Source: an uncultured Methylomirabilota bacterium
GTDB taxonomy: Bacteria > Methylomirabilota > Methylomirabilia > Methylomirabilales > 2-02-FULL-66-22
Length of the DNA: 64,000 nt
Assembly: GCA_963705305.1 (NCBI GenBank)
Contig: OY970067.1
Coordinates: forward strand, 2,848,001 to 2,912,000
Direction: 5' to 3'
Shown here in pieces: positions 9,473-19,613 of the stretch. How positions within the stretch are numbered: the first letter of the stretch is position 1; each line of letters opens with the position of its first letter. Under the pieces are notes generated by a model. That model did not search any database. It had not been told where the DNA came from and saw nothing but the letters and a program-made list of their open reading frames with translations. Both the position numbers and the translations under genes were made by a program.

Positions 9473-9516
9473 GAGGCCGGCGGGCAGCCCACGTAAAGGC
9501 GGGGGGAGGTAGGGCC

Positions 9517-10404
9517 ATGGCACAGCGGGTATTCCAGGGGTCGATCGTCGCGCTGGTGACGCCGTTCCGGGACGGGAAGGTGGACGAGGTTGCGCTGAAG
9601 GCTCTGGTGGAATTCCAGATCCGCGGGGGGACCGACGCCATCGTCCCGTGCGGAACGACGGGGGAGTCCCCTACCCTGGACCACGAAGAGCATCGCCGGG
9701 TGATCGACCTGGTCATCCAGACGGCGAACAGGCGCGTCCCGGTCATCGCCGGGACCGGCTCCAACAGCACGGCCGAGGCCGTCAGCCTCACCCGGCACGC
9801 CAAGGCGTCGGGGGCGGACGCTGCCCTGATCGTCCTTCCCTACTACAACAAGCCGACCCAGAAGGGGCTGCTGGAGCACTGCCGCGCCATCGCGGATGCG
9901 GCGGACCTGCCCCTGATCCTGTACAACATCCCCGGCCGGACCGGGGTGAACATGCTGCCCGAGACGCTGGCGCAGCTGGCCGACCATCCCAATATCGTGG
10001 GGGTGAAGGAGGCCACGGGGAACCTGGAGCAGATGACGCAGGACATCGTCCTGTGCGGTAACAAGCTGAACTACCTGTCCGGCGACGACACGCTGACCCT
10101 GCCCCTCATGGCCGTGGGGGGGGGCGGGGTCATCTCCGTGGTCGCCAACATCGTCCCCCGGGATGTGGCGGACATGACCCACGCGTTCCTGGGCGGCGAC
10201 TGGAAGCGCGCGTGCGAGCTGCACCTCAAGCTGTTCCCGCTCTGCCAGGCCATGTTCTACGAGACGAATCCCATCCCTGTGAAGACCTCCCTGGCCATGA
10301 TGGGGCAGATCCGCGAGGAGTTCCGCCTGCCGCTCTGCGCCATGAGCGATGTTAACCGCAAGCGGCTGGAGGCGGCGCTCAGGAGCTACGGCCTTCTGGC
10401 GTGA
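9517..10404 (+). CDS. dapA: 4-hydroxy-tetrahydrodipicolinate synthase
   Basis: GTTGES, PYYNKP, YNIPGRT, GVKEA, NPIPVK. Confidence 0.97.
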   Translation: MAQRVFQGSIVALVTPFRDGKVDEVALKALVEFQIRGGTDAIVPCGTTGESPTLDHEEHRRVIDLVIQTANRRVPVIAGTGSNSTAEAVSLTRHAKASGADAALIVLPYYNKPTQKGLLEHCRAIADAADLPLILYNIPGRTGVNMLPETLAQLADHPNIVGVKEATGNLEQMTQDIVLCGNKLNYLSGDDTLTLPLMAVGGGGVISVVANIVPRDVADMTHAFLGGDWKRACELHLKLFPLCQAMFYETNPIPVKTSLAMMGQIREEFRLPLCAMSDVNRKRLEAALRSYGLLA

Positions 10405-10447
10405 TGGCAGGCGGACAGGGCCTGGTGTGCAGGACGAGGAGGGCAAC

Positions 10448-11255
10448 ATGGCAATCAAGGCCGTGGTCGCGGGGGCGGCGGGGCGAATGGGCAGGCGCCT
10501 GATCGCCCTGCTGCGTGAGAGCGCGGACTTTCAGATCGTCGGGGCCGTGGAGCGGGCGGACCACGTGGACCTGGGGCGGGACGCGGGAGAGGTGGCCGGG
10601 GTGGGGCCGGTGGGTGTTCCGATTGTCGGGGGCGCCGAGGCGGCCCTCCACGGTGCCCAGGTTCTCCTGGACTTCACCGCCTCCGCCGCGGCCATGCGCC
10701 ACCTGGAGGCCGCCAGCCGGGCCGGAGTCGCCATGGTGCTGGGGACCACGGGTCTCGGCCAGCCGGACCTGGATCGGGCCCGCGACCTGTGCGCCCGGGT
10801 CGCCTGCGTGCAGTCGCCCAATATGAGCGTGGGGGTGAACGTCCTGTACGGCGTCCTGGCGCAGGTGGCCCGAACGCTGGGGGACGGCTACGACGTGGAG
10901 ATCATCGAGGCCCACCACCATTTCAAGAAGGATGCCCCCAGCGGCACCGCCGAGCGGATGGCCCAGGTCATCGCCAAGGCGCTGGGACGGGACCTCGGGG
11001 CGGTCGGGGTGTACGGGAGACACGGTCTGGTGGGGGAGCGGCCCCCGCGGGAGATCGCCGTCCACGCCGTCCGGGCCGGGGACATCGTGGGAGAGCACAC
11101 TATCATGTTCGGCGGGATGGGGGAGCGGATCGAGATCGTTCACCGCGCGCAGAGCCGGGACAACTTTGCGTGGGGGGCGCTGCGCGCGGCGCAGTGGGTG
11201 GTGGGGAAATCACCGGGCCTCTACGACATGCTGGACGTTCCTGGGGCTGAAATAG
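10448..11255 (+). CDS. dapB: 4-hydroxy-tetrahydrodipicolinate reductase (apparent 1-bp insertion five codons before the normal stop)
   Basis: GAAGRMG, EAHHHFKKDAPSGTA, GDIVGEH; ...YDMLDV then LGLK* continues one base out of frame, TAG 11253-11255. Confidence 0.92.
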
Positions 11256-11291
11256 GCGCCCCGGGCCGCGACACCTTCACAGGGAGCAGGC

Positions 11292-12470
11292 ATGGCTGGC
11301 TATCCGCAGGCCGCGAGATTGCAGGCACTCCCCCCGTACGTCTTCGCCGAGCTGGACCGGATGAAGCAAGAGCAGGTGAAGAAGGGGGTGGACGTCATCA
11401 GCCTGGGGATCGGGGACCCGGATCTTCCGACCCCGGCCCATATCATCCAGGCCCTGGCGGGGGCCGCCCAGGATCCCAAGAATCATCAGTATCCCTCCTA
11501 CGAGGGCATGGCGAGCTTCCGCCAGGCGGCGGCGGATTGGTATGGGGGCCGCTTCGGCGTGGCGCTGGATCCGGCCCACGAAGTGCTCGCGCTGATCGGG
11601 TCCAAGGAAGGCATCGGCCACTTCCCCCTGGCCTTCATCAATCCCGGGGACGTCGTGCTGGTCCCGGACCCCGCCTACCCCGTCTACCAGGCCGGCACGC
11701 TGTTCGCGGGGGGCGTTCCATACGCTATGCCCCTGACCCCGGCGCGCGACTTCCTTCCCGACCTGAAGGCGATCCCGCCGGAGGTCCTCAGCCGGGCGAA
11801 GATCCTCTGGCTGAATTACCCCAACAATCCCACCGGCGCAGTGGCTCCGCGGGCATTCCTGGCCGAGGCGGTGGCTTTTGCCCGGCAGCACGGGTTGATC
11901 CTAGCTCATGACGCCCCCTACTCCGAGGTCGCCTTCGACGGCTACCGGCCCGAGAGCGTTCTCAACATCCCGGGCGCCAAAGAGGTGGCCGTCGAGTTTC
12001 ACTCCCTCTCCAAGACCTACAACATGACCGGATGGCGGATCGGCTTTGCCGTCGGCGGGGCGGACCTCGTGGCGGCCCTCGGCCGGGTCAAGACCAATCT
12101 GGACTCCGGGGTCTTCCAGGCGGTGCAGCACGCCGGCATCGCGGCGCTGACCGGCCCCCAGCAGTGCGTGGCGGATAACTGCCGCATCTACGAGGAGCGG
12201 CGGGATGCCCTGGTGGCGGGGCTGCGGGAGATGGGGTTCGACGTCCGGCCGCCCAAGGCGACATTCTACCTGTGGTTCCCGGTGCCGACCGGCTTCACCT
12301 CCGGCAGCTTCTGCGCCGAGCTCTTGTTGAAGGCAGGGGTGGTGGTCACCCCGGGGAGCGGATTCGGCGCAGCCGGAGAGGGATTCGTGCGGGCGACCTT
12401 CACTGTCAGCGTGGCCCGCATCCGGGAGGCGGTGGAGCGAATACGGAAGCTGGGCGTCCGGGGGAATTGA
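11292..12470 (+). CDS. dapL: LL-diaminopimelate aminotransferase (class I/II PLP)
   Basis: LGIGDPD, GSKEGI, NYPNNPTGA, HSLSKTYNMTGWRIG, KTNLDSGVF; lys/dap context. Confidence 0.88.
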   Translation: MAGYPQAARLQALPPYVFAELDRMKQEQVKKGVDVISLGIGDPDLPTPAHIIQALAGAAQDPKNHQYPSYEGMASFRQAAADWYGGRFGVALDPAHEVLALIGSKEGIGHFPLAFINPGDVVLVPDPAYPVYQAGTLFAGGVPYAMPLTPARDFLPDLKAIPPEVLSRAKILWLNYPNNPTGAVAPRAFLAEAVAFARQHGLILAHDAPYSEVAFDGYRPESVLNIPGAKEVAVEFHSLSKTYNMTGWRIGFAVGGADLVAALGRVKTNLDSGVFQAVQHAGIAALTGPQQCVADNCRIYEERRDALVAGLREMGFDVRPPKATFYLWFPVPTGFTSGSFCAELLLKAGVVVTPGSGFGAAGEGFVRATFTVSVARIREAVERIRKLGVRGN

Positions 12471-12542
12471 GGGCAGGCGTGGGGCCGCTCCGCGGTTCGG
12501 CAGTCTGGCCGGGCCGCCGGGCTGCCGAACAGGCGAGCCGCC

Positions 12543-12902
12543 ATGGTCGATCGCATTCAGCTGCACGGAATCCAGTTCTACGGGTACCACGGCGTCCACG
12601 ATGAGGAGCGCAAGCTCGGCCAGCGGTTCCTGGTGGATGTGGAGCTCCAGGTGAACCTCCAGCCCTTCGAGACAAGCGACGACCTGGCGGCCGGCGTGGA
12701 CTACAGCCAGGTCCACGCCGCGGTGCTGGAGATCGGGACGGGGGACCGGTTCCGGCTGATCGAGACCCTGGCGAACCGGATCGCCTCGACCCTCCTTCGG
12801 CGATTTCCTCCCATCCGGCAGGCCACGGTTCGGGTGACCAAGCCCGCCCCGCCCCTCCCCGGCATCCTGGCCGGCGTCTCGGTGGAGGTCACCCGGCCGT
12901 GA
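12543..12902 (+). CDS. folB: Dihydroneopterin aldolase
   Basis: YGYHGV..EE..LGQRF.VD, VDY, LIE, KP motifs. Confidence 0.95.
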   Translation: MVDRIQLHGIQFYGYHGVHDEERKLGQRFLVDVELQVNLQPFETSDDLAAGVDYSQVHAAVLEIGTGDRFRLIETLANRIASTLLRRFPPIRQATVRVTKPAPPLPGILAGVSVEVTRP

Positions 12903-13399
12903 CGGGGCAGGCGTACATCGGGATCGGCTCGAACCTGGGCGACCGGCAGGCCAATTGCCGCGCGGCGGTGGAGGGGCTCGGCCGCCTGCCGGGCACCGTG
13001 GTGCCCCGTGTCTCGCCGCTGTACGAGACGGCGCCGCAAGAGGGGGCCGCGGGCGGCCCCTTTCTGAATGCGGTGGCGGCCATCGCGACCACGCTGACGC
13101 CCTACGGCCTGCTGGAGGGACTCCAGGGGCTGGAGGAGTCCCTGGGGCGATCCCGTCCGCATGCGCCCGGCGAGGCGCGGATCATCGATCTGGATCTCTT
13201 GCTGTACGATAACGTGGTGATTCACCAGCCGGATCTGGTGGTTCCGCATCCCCGGATGGCAAGGCGGAAGTTCGTCCTGGCTCCCCTGGCGGCCATCGCG
13301 CCGGAGGTTCGTCATCCCGTGCTCGAGCTGACGGCGGCCGAGCTATTGAACCGCCTCGATTCGGAGATCCTCCGGCCCGTGTCGGAGGTCCTGCGATGA
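12899..13399 (+). CDS. folK: HPPK (2-amino-4-hydroxy-6-hydroxymethyldihydropteridine diphosphokinase)
   Basis: IGIGSNLGDR, FLNAV, RIIDLDLL, VPHPRM..R.FVL.PL. Confidence 0.95.
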   Translation: MTGQAYIGIGSNLGDRQANCRAAVEGLGRLPGTVVPRVSPLYETAPQEGAAGGPFLNAVAAIATTLTPYGLLEGLQGLEESLGRSRPHAPGEARIIDLDLLLYDNVVIHQPDLVVPHPRMARRKFVLAPLAAIAPEVRHPVLELTAAELLNRLDSEILRPVSEVLR

Positions 13400-14052
13400 T
13401 CGTGCAGAACTGCCCGCCTCGGTACATCGTGGTGGAGGGCCCCATCGGGGTCGGGAAGACCAGCCTGGCAGAGCGGGTGGCTGATCGGCTGGATGCCCGC
13501 ACGCTGCTGGAGGTCGCCGACGACAACCCGTTTCTCCCCCATTTCTACCGGGACCGGCGGCACTACGCATTCCAGGCGCAGCTCTGGTTCCTGCTCAACC
13601 GCTTCCGCCAGCAGCAAGAGCTGGCCCAGGCCGATCTGTTCCGCCAGACCCTCGTCAGTGACTACCTCTTCGCCAAGGACCGCATCTTCGCGTATCTCGC
13701 CCTGGAGGACCATGAGCTGGCGCTCTACGAGCGCGTCCACGCCCTGCTCCAGGTTCAGGTGCCGAAGCCGGACCTGGTGATCTTCCTGCAGGCCAGCAGC
13801 GAGGCGTTGCTGCAGCGGATCGCCCTGCGCGGAAAGCCGTACGAGAAGGAGATGGACCGCCGCTACCTGGAAGAGCTGAACGCCGCCTACGCGCACTTCT
13901 TCTTCCACTACACGGCGTCGCCCCTGCTGGTGGTGAACACCAGCGAGATCGACTTCGTGAACCGCACCGAGGACCTCGAGGATCTGGTCAAGGAGATCCG
14001 CGAGGTCCGGGCGGGCACGCACTACTACGTTCCGCTGGGGTCCCGCCGGTAG
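13396..14052 (+). CDS. Deoxynucleoside kinase family protein
   Basis: EGPIGVGKTSL, NPFLPHFY, PDLVIFLQAS; usual position after folK. Confidence 0.9.
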   Translation: MIVQNCPPRYIVVEGPIGVGKTSLAERVADRLDARTLLEVADDNPFLPHFYRDRRHYAFQAQLWFLLNRFRQQQELAQADLFRQTLVSDYLFAKDRIFAYLALEDHELALYERVHALLQVQVPKPDLVIFLQASSEALLQRIALRGKPYEKEMDRRYLEELNAAYAHFFFHYTASPLLVVNTSEIDFVNRTEDLEDLVKEIREVRAGTHYYVPLGSRR

Positions 14053-14138
14053 GCGCCGGGGAATCGATCAGACCGCCGAAGACTGGCACACCCTTCGCCC
14101 CCGCGCGGGCCCGCGCCGGGGGAGCGGAAGGAGCACGC

Positions 14139-15008
14139 ATGGACATCATCCAGAGCGCGGCGCGGATGCAGCAGGTCGCCGAGGAGGCGCGCACCGCCGG
14201 GCGGTCGGTCGGCCTGGTCCCGACGATGGGGGCGCTGCACGCGGGCCATCTCAGCCTGCTGCACCGCTGCCGGGCTCAGAACGATGTGGTGGTGATGAGC
14301 CTGTTCGTGAACCCGACGCAGTTCGACCGGCCGGACGATCTGGTGCGCTACCCGCGAGACCCCGAGCGGGATGCGGAGCTGGCCCGCGAGGCCGGGGCCG
14401 ACATCATCTTCGCCCCCGCGGCGGACGGGATGTACCCGTGCGGGTATGCGACGTATATCGGGGTGGAGGGGCTCACGGCGCGCTGGGAAGGCGCGGCGCG
14501 GCCGGGCCACTTCCGCGGGGTCGCCACGGTCTGCACGAAGCTCTTCGCGATCTGCCGGCCTCATCGAGCCTACTTCGGGCAAAAGGACTACCAGCAGTCG
14601 CTGGTCGTCCGGCGCCTGGCCGCCGATCTGAACCTCGGCCTGGAGATCCTGGTCCTGCCGACGGTCCGCGAGCCGGACGGCCTGGCCCTCAGCTCTCGCA
14701 ACGTGCTGCTGAATCCGGAGGAGCGCCGGCAGGCGCGGGCCCTCTCGCAGGGCCTCTTCGCTGCCCGGGCGGCGGCGGAGCGCGGCGAGCGGGACGGCGG
14801 GGCCCTGACGCGAGCCATCGAGATTGAGATCGGGAAGGCGCCGCTGGCGGTCGTGGAGTACGTCGGGATCTGCGACGCGGACACGCTCGAGCCGCTGGAG
14901 CGGCTCGCCGACAAGGCCGTGGCCCTGGTGGCCGCCCGCTTCGGCTCGACCCGGCTCATCGACAACATCCTCCTGGAGGTGGGGCCGGGTGCGCGGAGTA
15001 GTGCGTAG
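14139..15008 (+). CDS. panC: Pantoate--beta-alanine ligase
   Basis: PTMGALHAGH, FVNPTQF, RPGHF, FGQKDYQQ, SSRN, RLIDN. Confidence 0.97.
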   Translation: MDIIQSAARMQQVAEEARTAGRSVGLVPTMGALHAGHLSLLHRCRAQNDVVVMSLFVNPTQFDRPDDLVRYPRDPERDAELAREAGADIIFAPAADGMYPCGYATYIGVEGLTARWEGAARPGHFRGVATVCTKLFAICRPHRAYFGQKDYQQSLVVRRLAADLNLGLEILVLPTVREPDGLALSSRNVLLNPEERRQARALSQGLFAARAAAERGERDGGALTRAIEIEIGKAPLAVVEYVGICDADTLEPLERLADKAVALVAARFGSTRLIDNILLEVGPGARSSA

Positions 15009-15153
15009 GGAATCTCTCGGCCTTCCGTTATCCTGCATCCCGGCTCTCGTGATGATACGCTCCAACGGAGTCAAGATGATCTTCCTTTACGCCGGCGAAC
15101 GCCGAGTTCCTAATCAGGGGGCAGTTCAAAGTCCGGCTCCTTGGCTCGGGGCA

Positions 15154-15195
15154 TGAGCCGTTCCACTTCGCTCATCACCCTAAGCCGATCGAAGG
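15154..15195 (-). repeat. Degenerate REP-like element (CCTTCGACnnGCTCAGG type)
   Basis: Minus strand CCTTCGATCGGCTTAGGGTGATGAGCGAAGTGGAACGGCTCA resembles a dispersed repeat I recall; single copy in this window. Confidence 0.4.
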
Positions 15196-15361
15196 ACCAG
15201 TCTGGGGCCTTGCGTCGGACGCAGGAGTTCGCAAGAGTAGAGGTGCGCTGGGCGCATATATATATTGGAACCTCAACCATACCCGGGTGAGTAATCATCA
15301 CGGGATTTCTCCCCTCCCACAACTTTTTCCCCGCCTCCGTGTGTCGCCATGAACTGCGGCT

Positions 15362-15569
15362 TGCCAAAAGTATCCACTCGTATGGACCCCCTGGTTTGAC
15401 AGGCGGTTAGCCCGACAAACGACGCCCCTGCGTGCCGGCCCCGGCCTTTCCTCGGCCGACCGAGCTTCCCTGCCGACCATCTCCGTTGTCCCCATAAATG
15501 CCTGTGTTTTCAAAAGATAGCGATGAAGGGTGCAGGTGCAGCCTGCGTCGGCACGATGCATGCCTATAT
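15362..15569 (+). promoter_or_regulatory. Sigma54-type promoter 1 with upstream activator site and IHF-like site
   Basis: TGCCAAAAGTATCCAC 15362-15377; TTTCAAAAGATAG 15508-15520; GGCACG-ATGCAT-GC (GG-N10-GC) 15550-15563. Confidence 0.7.
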
Positions 15570-15592
15570 TCCGGCTGAACATGGAGGGCAAG

Positions 15593-16048
15593 ATGCAATC
15601 ACCGGATGACAAGGCGGAGGCTCATCGACCCGGGCGGGTCCGCGTTTTGGTCGTCGATGACGATCCCGGACTCCGGGAGGCGATTCTGCGGGCCTTCCGG
15701 GAGCACGGGTACCAGGCGGCTGGAGCCGTGGACGGCATTCAGGCGATCCACCATCTCCAGCACGATCCGTTTGACGTGGTGGTCACGGACCTTCAGATGC
15801 CGCGCCTGGACGGCCTCGGCCTTATCCGGGAAGCCCGCCGGCTGGGATTCGGCCAGCCGATCGTGGTTCAGACGACCGTCCTGGACAACTCGCTGGAGGT
15901 TGTCCTCCGGTGGGCAGGGGCCTTCCGGGTGCTGGTGAAGGGTGGGCCATTCGGAGCGCTGCTCCGCGTGGTGGAGGAGGCGCGCCAGCTCACGCCGGCC
16001 GCCGCGGCCACGCTGCCGGGCGGATCGCCGCACTCGGGGCAGGCATGA
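15593..16048 (+). CDS. Stand-alone response regulator receiver protein
   Basis: LVVDDD, VVTDLQMP.LDG, T and K positions; no output domain. Confidence 0.85.
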   Translation: MQSPDDKAEAHRPGRVRVLVVDDDPGLREAILRAFREHGYQAAGAVDGIQAIHHLQHDPFDVVVTDLQMPRLDGLGLIREARRLGFGQPIVVQTTVLDNSLEVVLRWAGAFRVLVKGGPFGALLRVVEEARQLTPAAAATLPGGSPHSGQA

Positions 16049-16277
16049 GGGTGGAGGGGAATCACCGTGCTAGGATCGATGCCCCGCTGCCCTTCGGTCG
16101 GTCATCGGCTCGTGAGTGAGGCGGTTCAGGTAGAAAACACGATCCGGATCGGGGCGGCATACAAGACATCGCGCGGGTGACGGGAGTTCGGACGAGTGGT
16201 GTACGTGGGCAAGGCAGGCCGCATCAGGAGCGAAGCCGGGCGGTGAATTGCCGACCCGGCATCAAAGGAGGAAGGCA

Positions 16278-16844
16278 ATGCACGCTGGAAAGATGACTCT
16301 AATGATTCTGGCAGCCGGCGCGCTGGCGCTCGGGCTGGGAAGCGGGGCGGTCTTGGCGGCCACGGATGGCGCGATGACGCCGGGAACCGCCACGACCTCC
16401 GCCGTCAAGGCTTCGACGGATGCGAAGCCCGCAGTGACGAACGGGCAGCACTCGACCGAGGCAAGGGAATCAAAGGGCATGCAAACCACGGAGCGCGCCG
16501 CCGCCCGGCGGACCGCCGATCGGGAGGTGCGCGGGGTGGTCACGCACGTGGACCTCGGCTCGCATCCAAAGACCCTGGTGATGAACGCCACGCGTTTTGC
16601 GCTCGCCACGAACCCGAAAGCCGTGACCGATTACCCGGCACACGGGTCGAATGCGCTGGTCATCGGTGTGGATATCCTGCCGAGTAGCCGGATTGTACAA
16701 GGGAAGCGAGCGGTGGCGCTGTCCGCCGTCCGGGGAGGGGATGAGATCTGGATGAAGTACGACCGGACATCGGACCACCTGCGGGCGGATCAGATCCGGA
16801 TCGTCAAGCCGGCGACCAGCATGGCACGGGTAGAGAGCAAGTAG
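16278..16844 (+). CDS. Hypothetical secreted protein (possible OB-fold-like beta domain)
   Basis: AAGGAGG RBS, signal peptide ending VLA-A, low-complexity linker, beta-rich C-terminus. Confidence 0.75.
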   Translation: MHAGKMTLMILAAGALALGLGSGAVLAATDGAMTPGTATTSAVKASTDAKPAVTNGQHSTEARESKGMQTTERAAARRTADREVRGVVTHVDLGSHPKTLVMNATRFALATNPKAVTDYPAHGSNALVIGVDILPSSRIVQGKRAVALSAVRGGDEIWMKYDRTSDHLRADQIRIVKPATSMARVESK

Positions 16845-16904
16845 CCTTTCTGGCCTGTGGGCCGCGTACCTGGCGTGTGGCCCACAGGCCCCCTTCAGGG
16901 CGAG

Positions 16905-17498
16905 ATGGATGCGAGGAGACAGGGTTCCGACACGCGAAGCCGCCTGCGGTGGTGGGCCCTTTGGGGTCTCCTGACCGCCGCAGTGCTGGGGGCAGGGATC
17001 CTTCTCGCCGAGACGTTCGTGGTGCAGATCCTGACCGTGTCCTCCGGATCGATGCTGCCGACGCTCCGGCCCGGGGACTCGGTCCTCATCAATCGCTTGG
17101 CCTACGCGCTCTCGTCCCCGCAGCGGGGGGATATCATTGCCTTCCGCTTTCCGCGGGCGGCAGGGAGAGAATTTCTCAAGCGCGTCGTCGGGCTGCCGGG
17201 GGATGTCGTTGCGGAACTCGATGGACGGTTCTGGATCAACGGGGTTCCGCTGGGCGTCCTGCTGATGCGCGTCCCTCCCGTCCAGGACGACACGCCGCCG
17301 CTGAACTTGGCCCCCCGGCGGGTCCCGGCGAACCATCTGTATGTGCTGGGGGACAACCGGAATGCCAGCCTGGACAGCCGGTACTGGGGAATGGTGACCG
17401 AGCGCGATGTGATCGGAAAGGCCGTGGCGATCCCCTGGTCGGAGGGCAGGCACTGGTGGGACGTTCGGTGGGTCCGGGTAGGGCACCGGCTGCGCTGA
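16905..17498 (+). CDS. lepB: Signal peptidase I
   Basis: SGSMLPTL, FLKRVVGLPGD, GDNRNASLDSRYWG. Confidence 0.92.
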   Translation: MDARRQGSDTRSRLRWWALWGLLTAAVLGAGILLAETFVVQILTVSSGSMLPTLRPGDSVLINRLAYALSSPQRGDIIAFRFPRAAGREFLKRVVGLPGDVVAELDGRFWINGVPLGVLLMRVPPVQDDTPPLNLAPRRVPANHLYVLGDNRNASLDSRYWGMVTERDVIGKAVAIPWSEGRHWWDVRWVRVGHRLR

Positions 17499-17647
17499 CC
17501 CGGTCAGGGGAGATGCGAGAGGCGGCAGGCAGCCCCGCCGGCCGGACGATGGGGCCGGCAACGTGAGAAGCGGCACGGAGCGATCTGTGGATTTTCCGGG
17601 CGTCCCGACCCGGGGCGCCAGGCCAACAACACGAAGGAGAGTGCGAG

Positions 17648-19102
17648 ATGCGAACAATACTGCTCAAGAAGCGATGGCTCTGGGTGGCAGCATTCCTGGT
17701 GCTCGGCGCCGGAGCCCTGTTCTGGTCGGTCAACAGCGTCACCGCCACGACGACCGCCCCGACCGACCTCTGGACCAACGGCACGGCCGTGGTTCCCAGC
17801 GTGTCCTCGGTGTGGGAAAAGGTGGCCAAGCAGGACCTGCCGGCGGTGGTCAACGTCAGCACGACTGCCGTGGTGAAGAACCCCATGGCCTCCGAGCTGG
17901 AGCAGTCCCCCTTCTTCCAACAGTTCTTCGGAAACGTTCCGCAGAACTACACGGAACACAGCCTCGGATCGGGCTTCATCATCCGCTCGGACGGCTACAT
18001 CGTGACGAATAACCACGTTGTGGACCATGCGACGAAGATCGTGGTGAAGCTCCCCGACGGGCGGTCGTTCCCGGCGAAGGTCGTCGGCCGGGACGCCCAG
18101 ACCGACATCGCCCTGCTGAAGATCGACGCCACAGGCCTCTCGATCGTCCCGCTGGGGGACTCCACCTCGCTCCAGATCGGCCAGCCGGTCATGGCCATCG
18201 GCAATCCTTTCGGCCTGAACGGGACGGTGACCACCGGGATCATCTCGGCCGAGGGCCGGGTCATCGGTGATTCGCCCTACGACAACTTCCTCCAGACCGA
18301 TGCGCCCATCAACCCGGGGAACTCCGGCGGTCCCCTGGTGAATGCCGCTGGCGAGGTGGTGGGGATCAATACCGCCATCATCTCCCAGTCCGGCGGCTCG
18401 GTAGGCATTGGCTTCGCCATTCCCATCCGCGAGGCCAAGGCGATCCTTCCCCAGCTGGCGGCCACCGGCCATGTGACCCGCGGGTGGCTGGGTGTCGGCA
18501 TCCAGCGGCTGACCCCGGAGCTGGCCAAGGCCATGCACCTCAGCTCGGACCAGGGCGTGCTCGTCTCGCAGGTGATGCCGGACTCCCCTGCGGCGAAGGC
18601 TGGCCTCCAGGCGGGCGATGTGATCGTGGAGTTTAACGGCCACAAGGTCAATCGAATGAGCGAGCTGCCGATGCTGGTGGCCGAGACTCCCATCGGCCAG
18701 CAGGCCAAGATCCAGGTGATCCGGAACGACAAGACCGTCGATCTCACAGCGCGGATCGCAGAGAAGGCGACGACCGAGCAGGTCGCCGAGAAGACGCCCC
18801 AGCGGGAGAAGCTGGGGCTCAGCGTCCAGCCGTTGACCCCAGCCCTGGCGAGCCAGCTCGGCCTGTCGGACCAGCATGGGCTGGTGGTGATGGCGGTCAA
18901 GGACGGCAGCCCGGCGGCGGACGCCGGCATTCAGACCGGCAACGTCATCGTCCAGGTGAACCGAAAGCCGGTGCAGGATATCCCCGAGCTGCGGGCGGCC
19001 CTGAAGGCCCAGGCCAAGGATAGCCCGACGCTGTTCCAGATCCACCGGAAAGACATAAACCTGTTCGTGGCCGTCCAGGCGTCGGGAACGGCCCGCGGGT
19101 GA
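17648..19102 (+). CDS. Do/DegP/DegQ-family serine endoprotease with two PDZ domains
   Basis: GSGFII, TNNHVV, TDIALLKI, INPGNSGGPL, two PDZ repeats. Confidence 0.95.
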   Translation: MRTILLKKRWLWVAAFLVLGAGALFWSVNSVTATTTAPTDLWTNGTAVVPSVSSVWEKVAKQDLPAVVNVSTTAVVKNPMASELEQSPFFQQFFGNVPQNYTEHSLGSGFIIRSDGYIVTNNHVVDHATKIVVKLPDGRSFPAKVVGRDAQTDIALLKIDATGLSIVPLGDSTSLQIGQPVMAIGNPFGLNGTVTTGIISAEGRVIGDSPYDNFLQTDAPINPGNSGGPLVNAAGEVVGINTAIISQSGGSVGIGFAIPIREAKAILPQLAATGHVTRGWLGVGIQRLTPELAKAMHLSSDQGVLVSQVMPDSPAAKAGLQAGDVIVEFNGHKVNRMSELPMLVAETPIGQQAKIQVIRNDKTVDLTARIAEKATTEQVAEKTPQREKLGLSVQPLTPALASQLGLSDQHGLVVMAVKDGSPAADAGIQTGNVIVQVNRKPVQDIPELRAALKAQAKDSPTLFQIHRKDINLFVAVQASGTARG

Positions 19103-19136
19103 GCCGGATGTGTTGCGTGAGGAGGCGACCGATCTC

Positions 19137-19613
19137 ATGAAGGAGCGCGATCTCATCGAAGGGCTGAATCGGGACTTGGCCCAGGAACTCGGGGCGATCT
19201 GCCGGGCGATCCAGCAGATCGCCCTGGCCCGGGGGACCGCGGGCCATGAGCTCCGGGTCCTGCTGAACGTCGAGATCATCGACGATGTATTCCACGCGCT
19301 GTTTCTGGCCGAGAAGATTGCAGCCTTGGGTGGGGTCCCCGCGGTCATGCCGGCGCCGTATCCGGAGAGCCTGGCGGATACCCGTGCCATGGTGGAGTAC
19401 GATCTGGCGGCGGAGCATCAGGCCATCCTGCAGTACACGGAGCGCCTCGAAGAGGCGGCGGCCTCGTGGGCCATCGGACTCAAAACCCGCCTCGAGCGGA
19501 TCCTGGCCGAGGAGGCCGCACACGAAAGCGGGCTCCGCCGCCTGCTGGAGAAGAGCCGGGCGGAGCGCGGGAAACCACCCAGGCAAAGGGACCTCGTGGA
19601 TCCCGCTGCATGA
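19137..19613 (+). CDS. Ferritin/bacterioferritin-like four-helix protein
   Basis: LNRDLAQELGAI, DDVFHA, LGG.P, DLAAEHQAI, EEAAHE pattern. Confidence 0.8.
   Translation: MKERDLIEGLNRDLAQELGAICRAIQQIALARGTAGHELRVLLNVEIIDDVFHALFLAEKIAALGGVPAVMPAPYPESLADTRAMVEYDLAAEHQAILQYTERLEEAAASWAIGLKTRLERILAEEAAHESGLRRLLEKSRAERGKPPRQRDLVDPAA

Noticed and set aside
10349..11911. 520-aa extended DapB
   Set aside because: The extension is out-of-frame read-through over dapL caused by one extra base
14084..14098. Sigma54-like TGGCAC-ACCCTTC-GC before panC
   Set aside because: Poor -12 element and no enhancer or IHF support; could be chance
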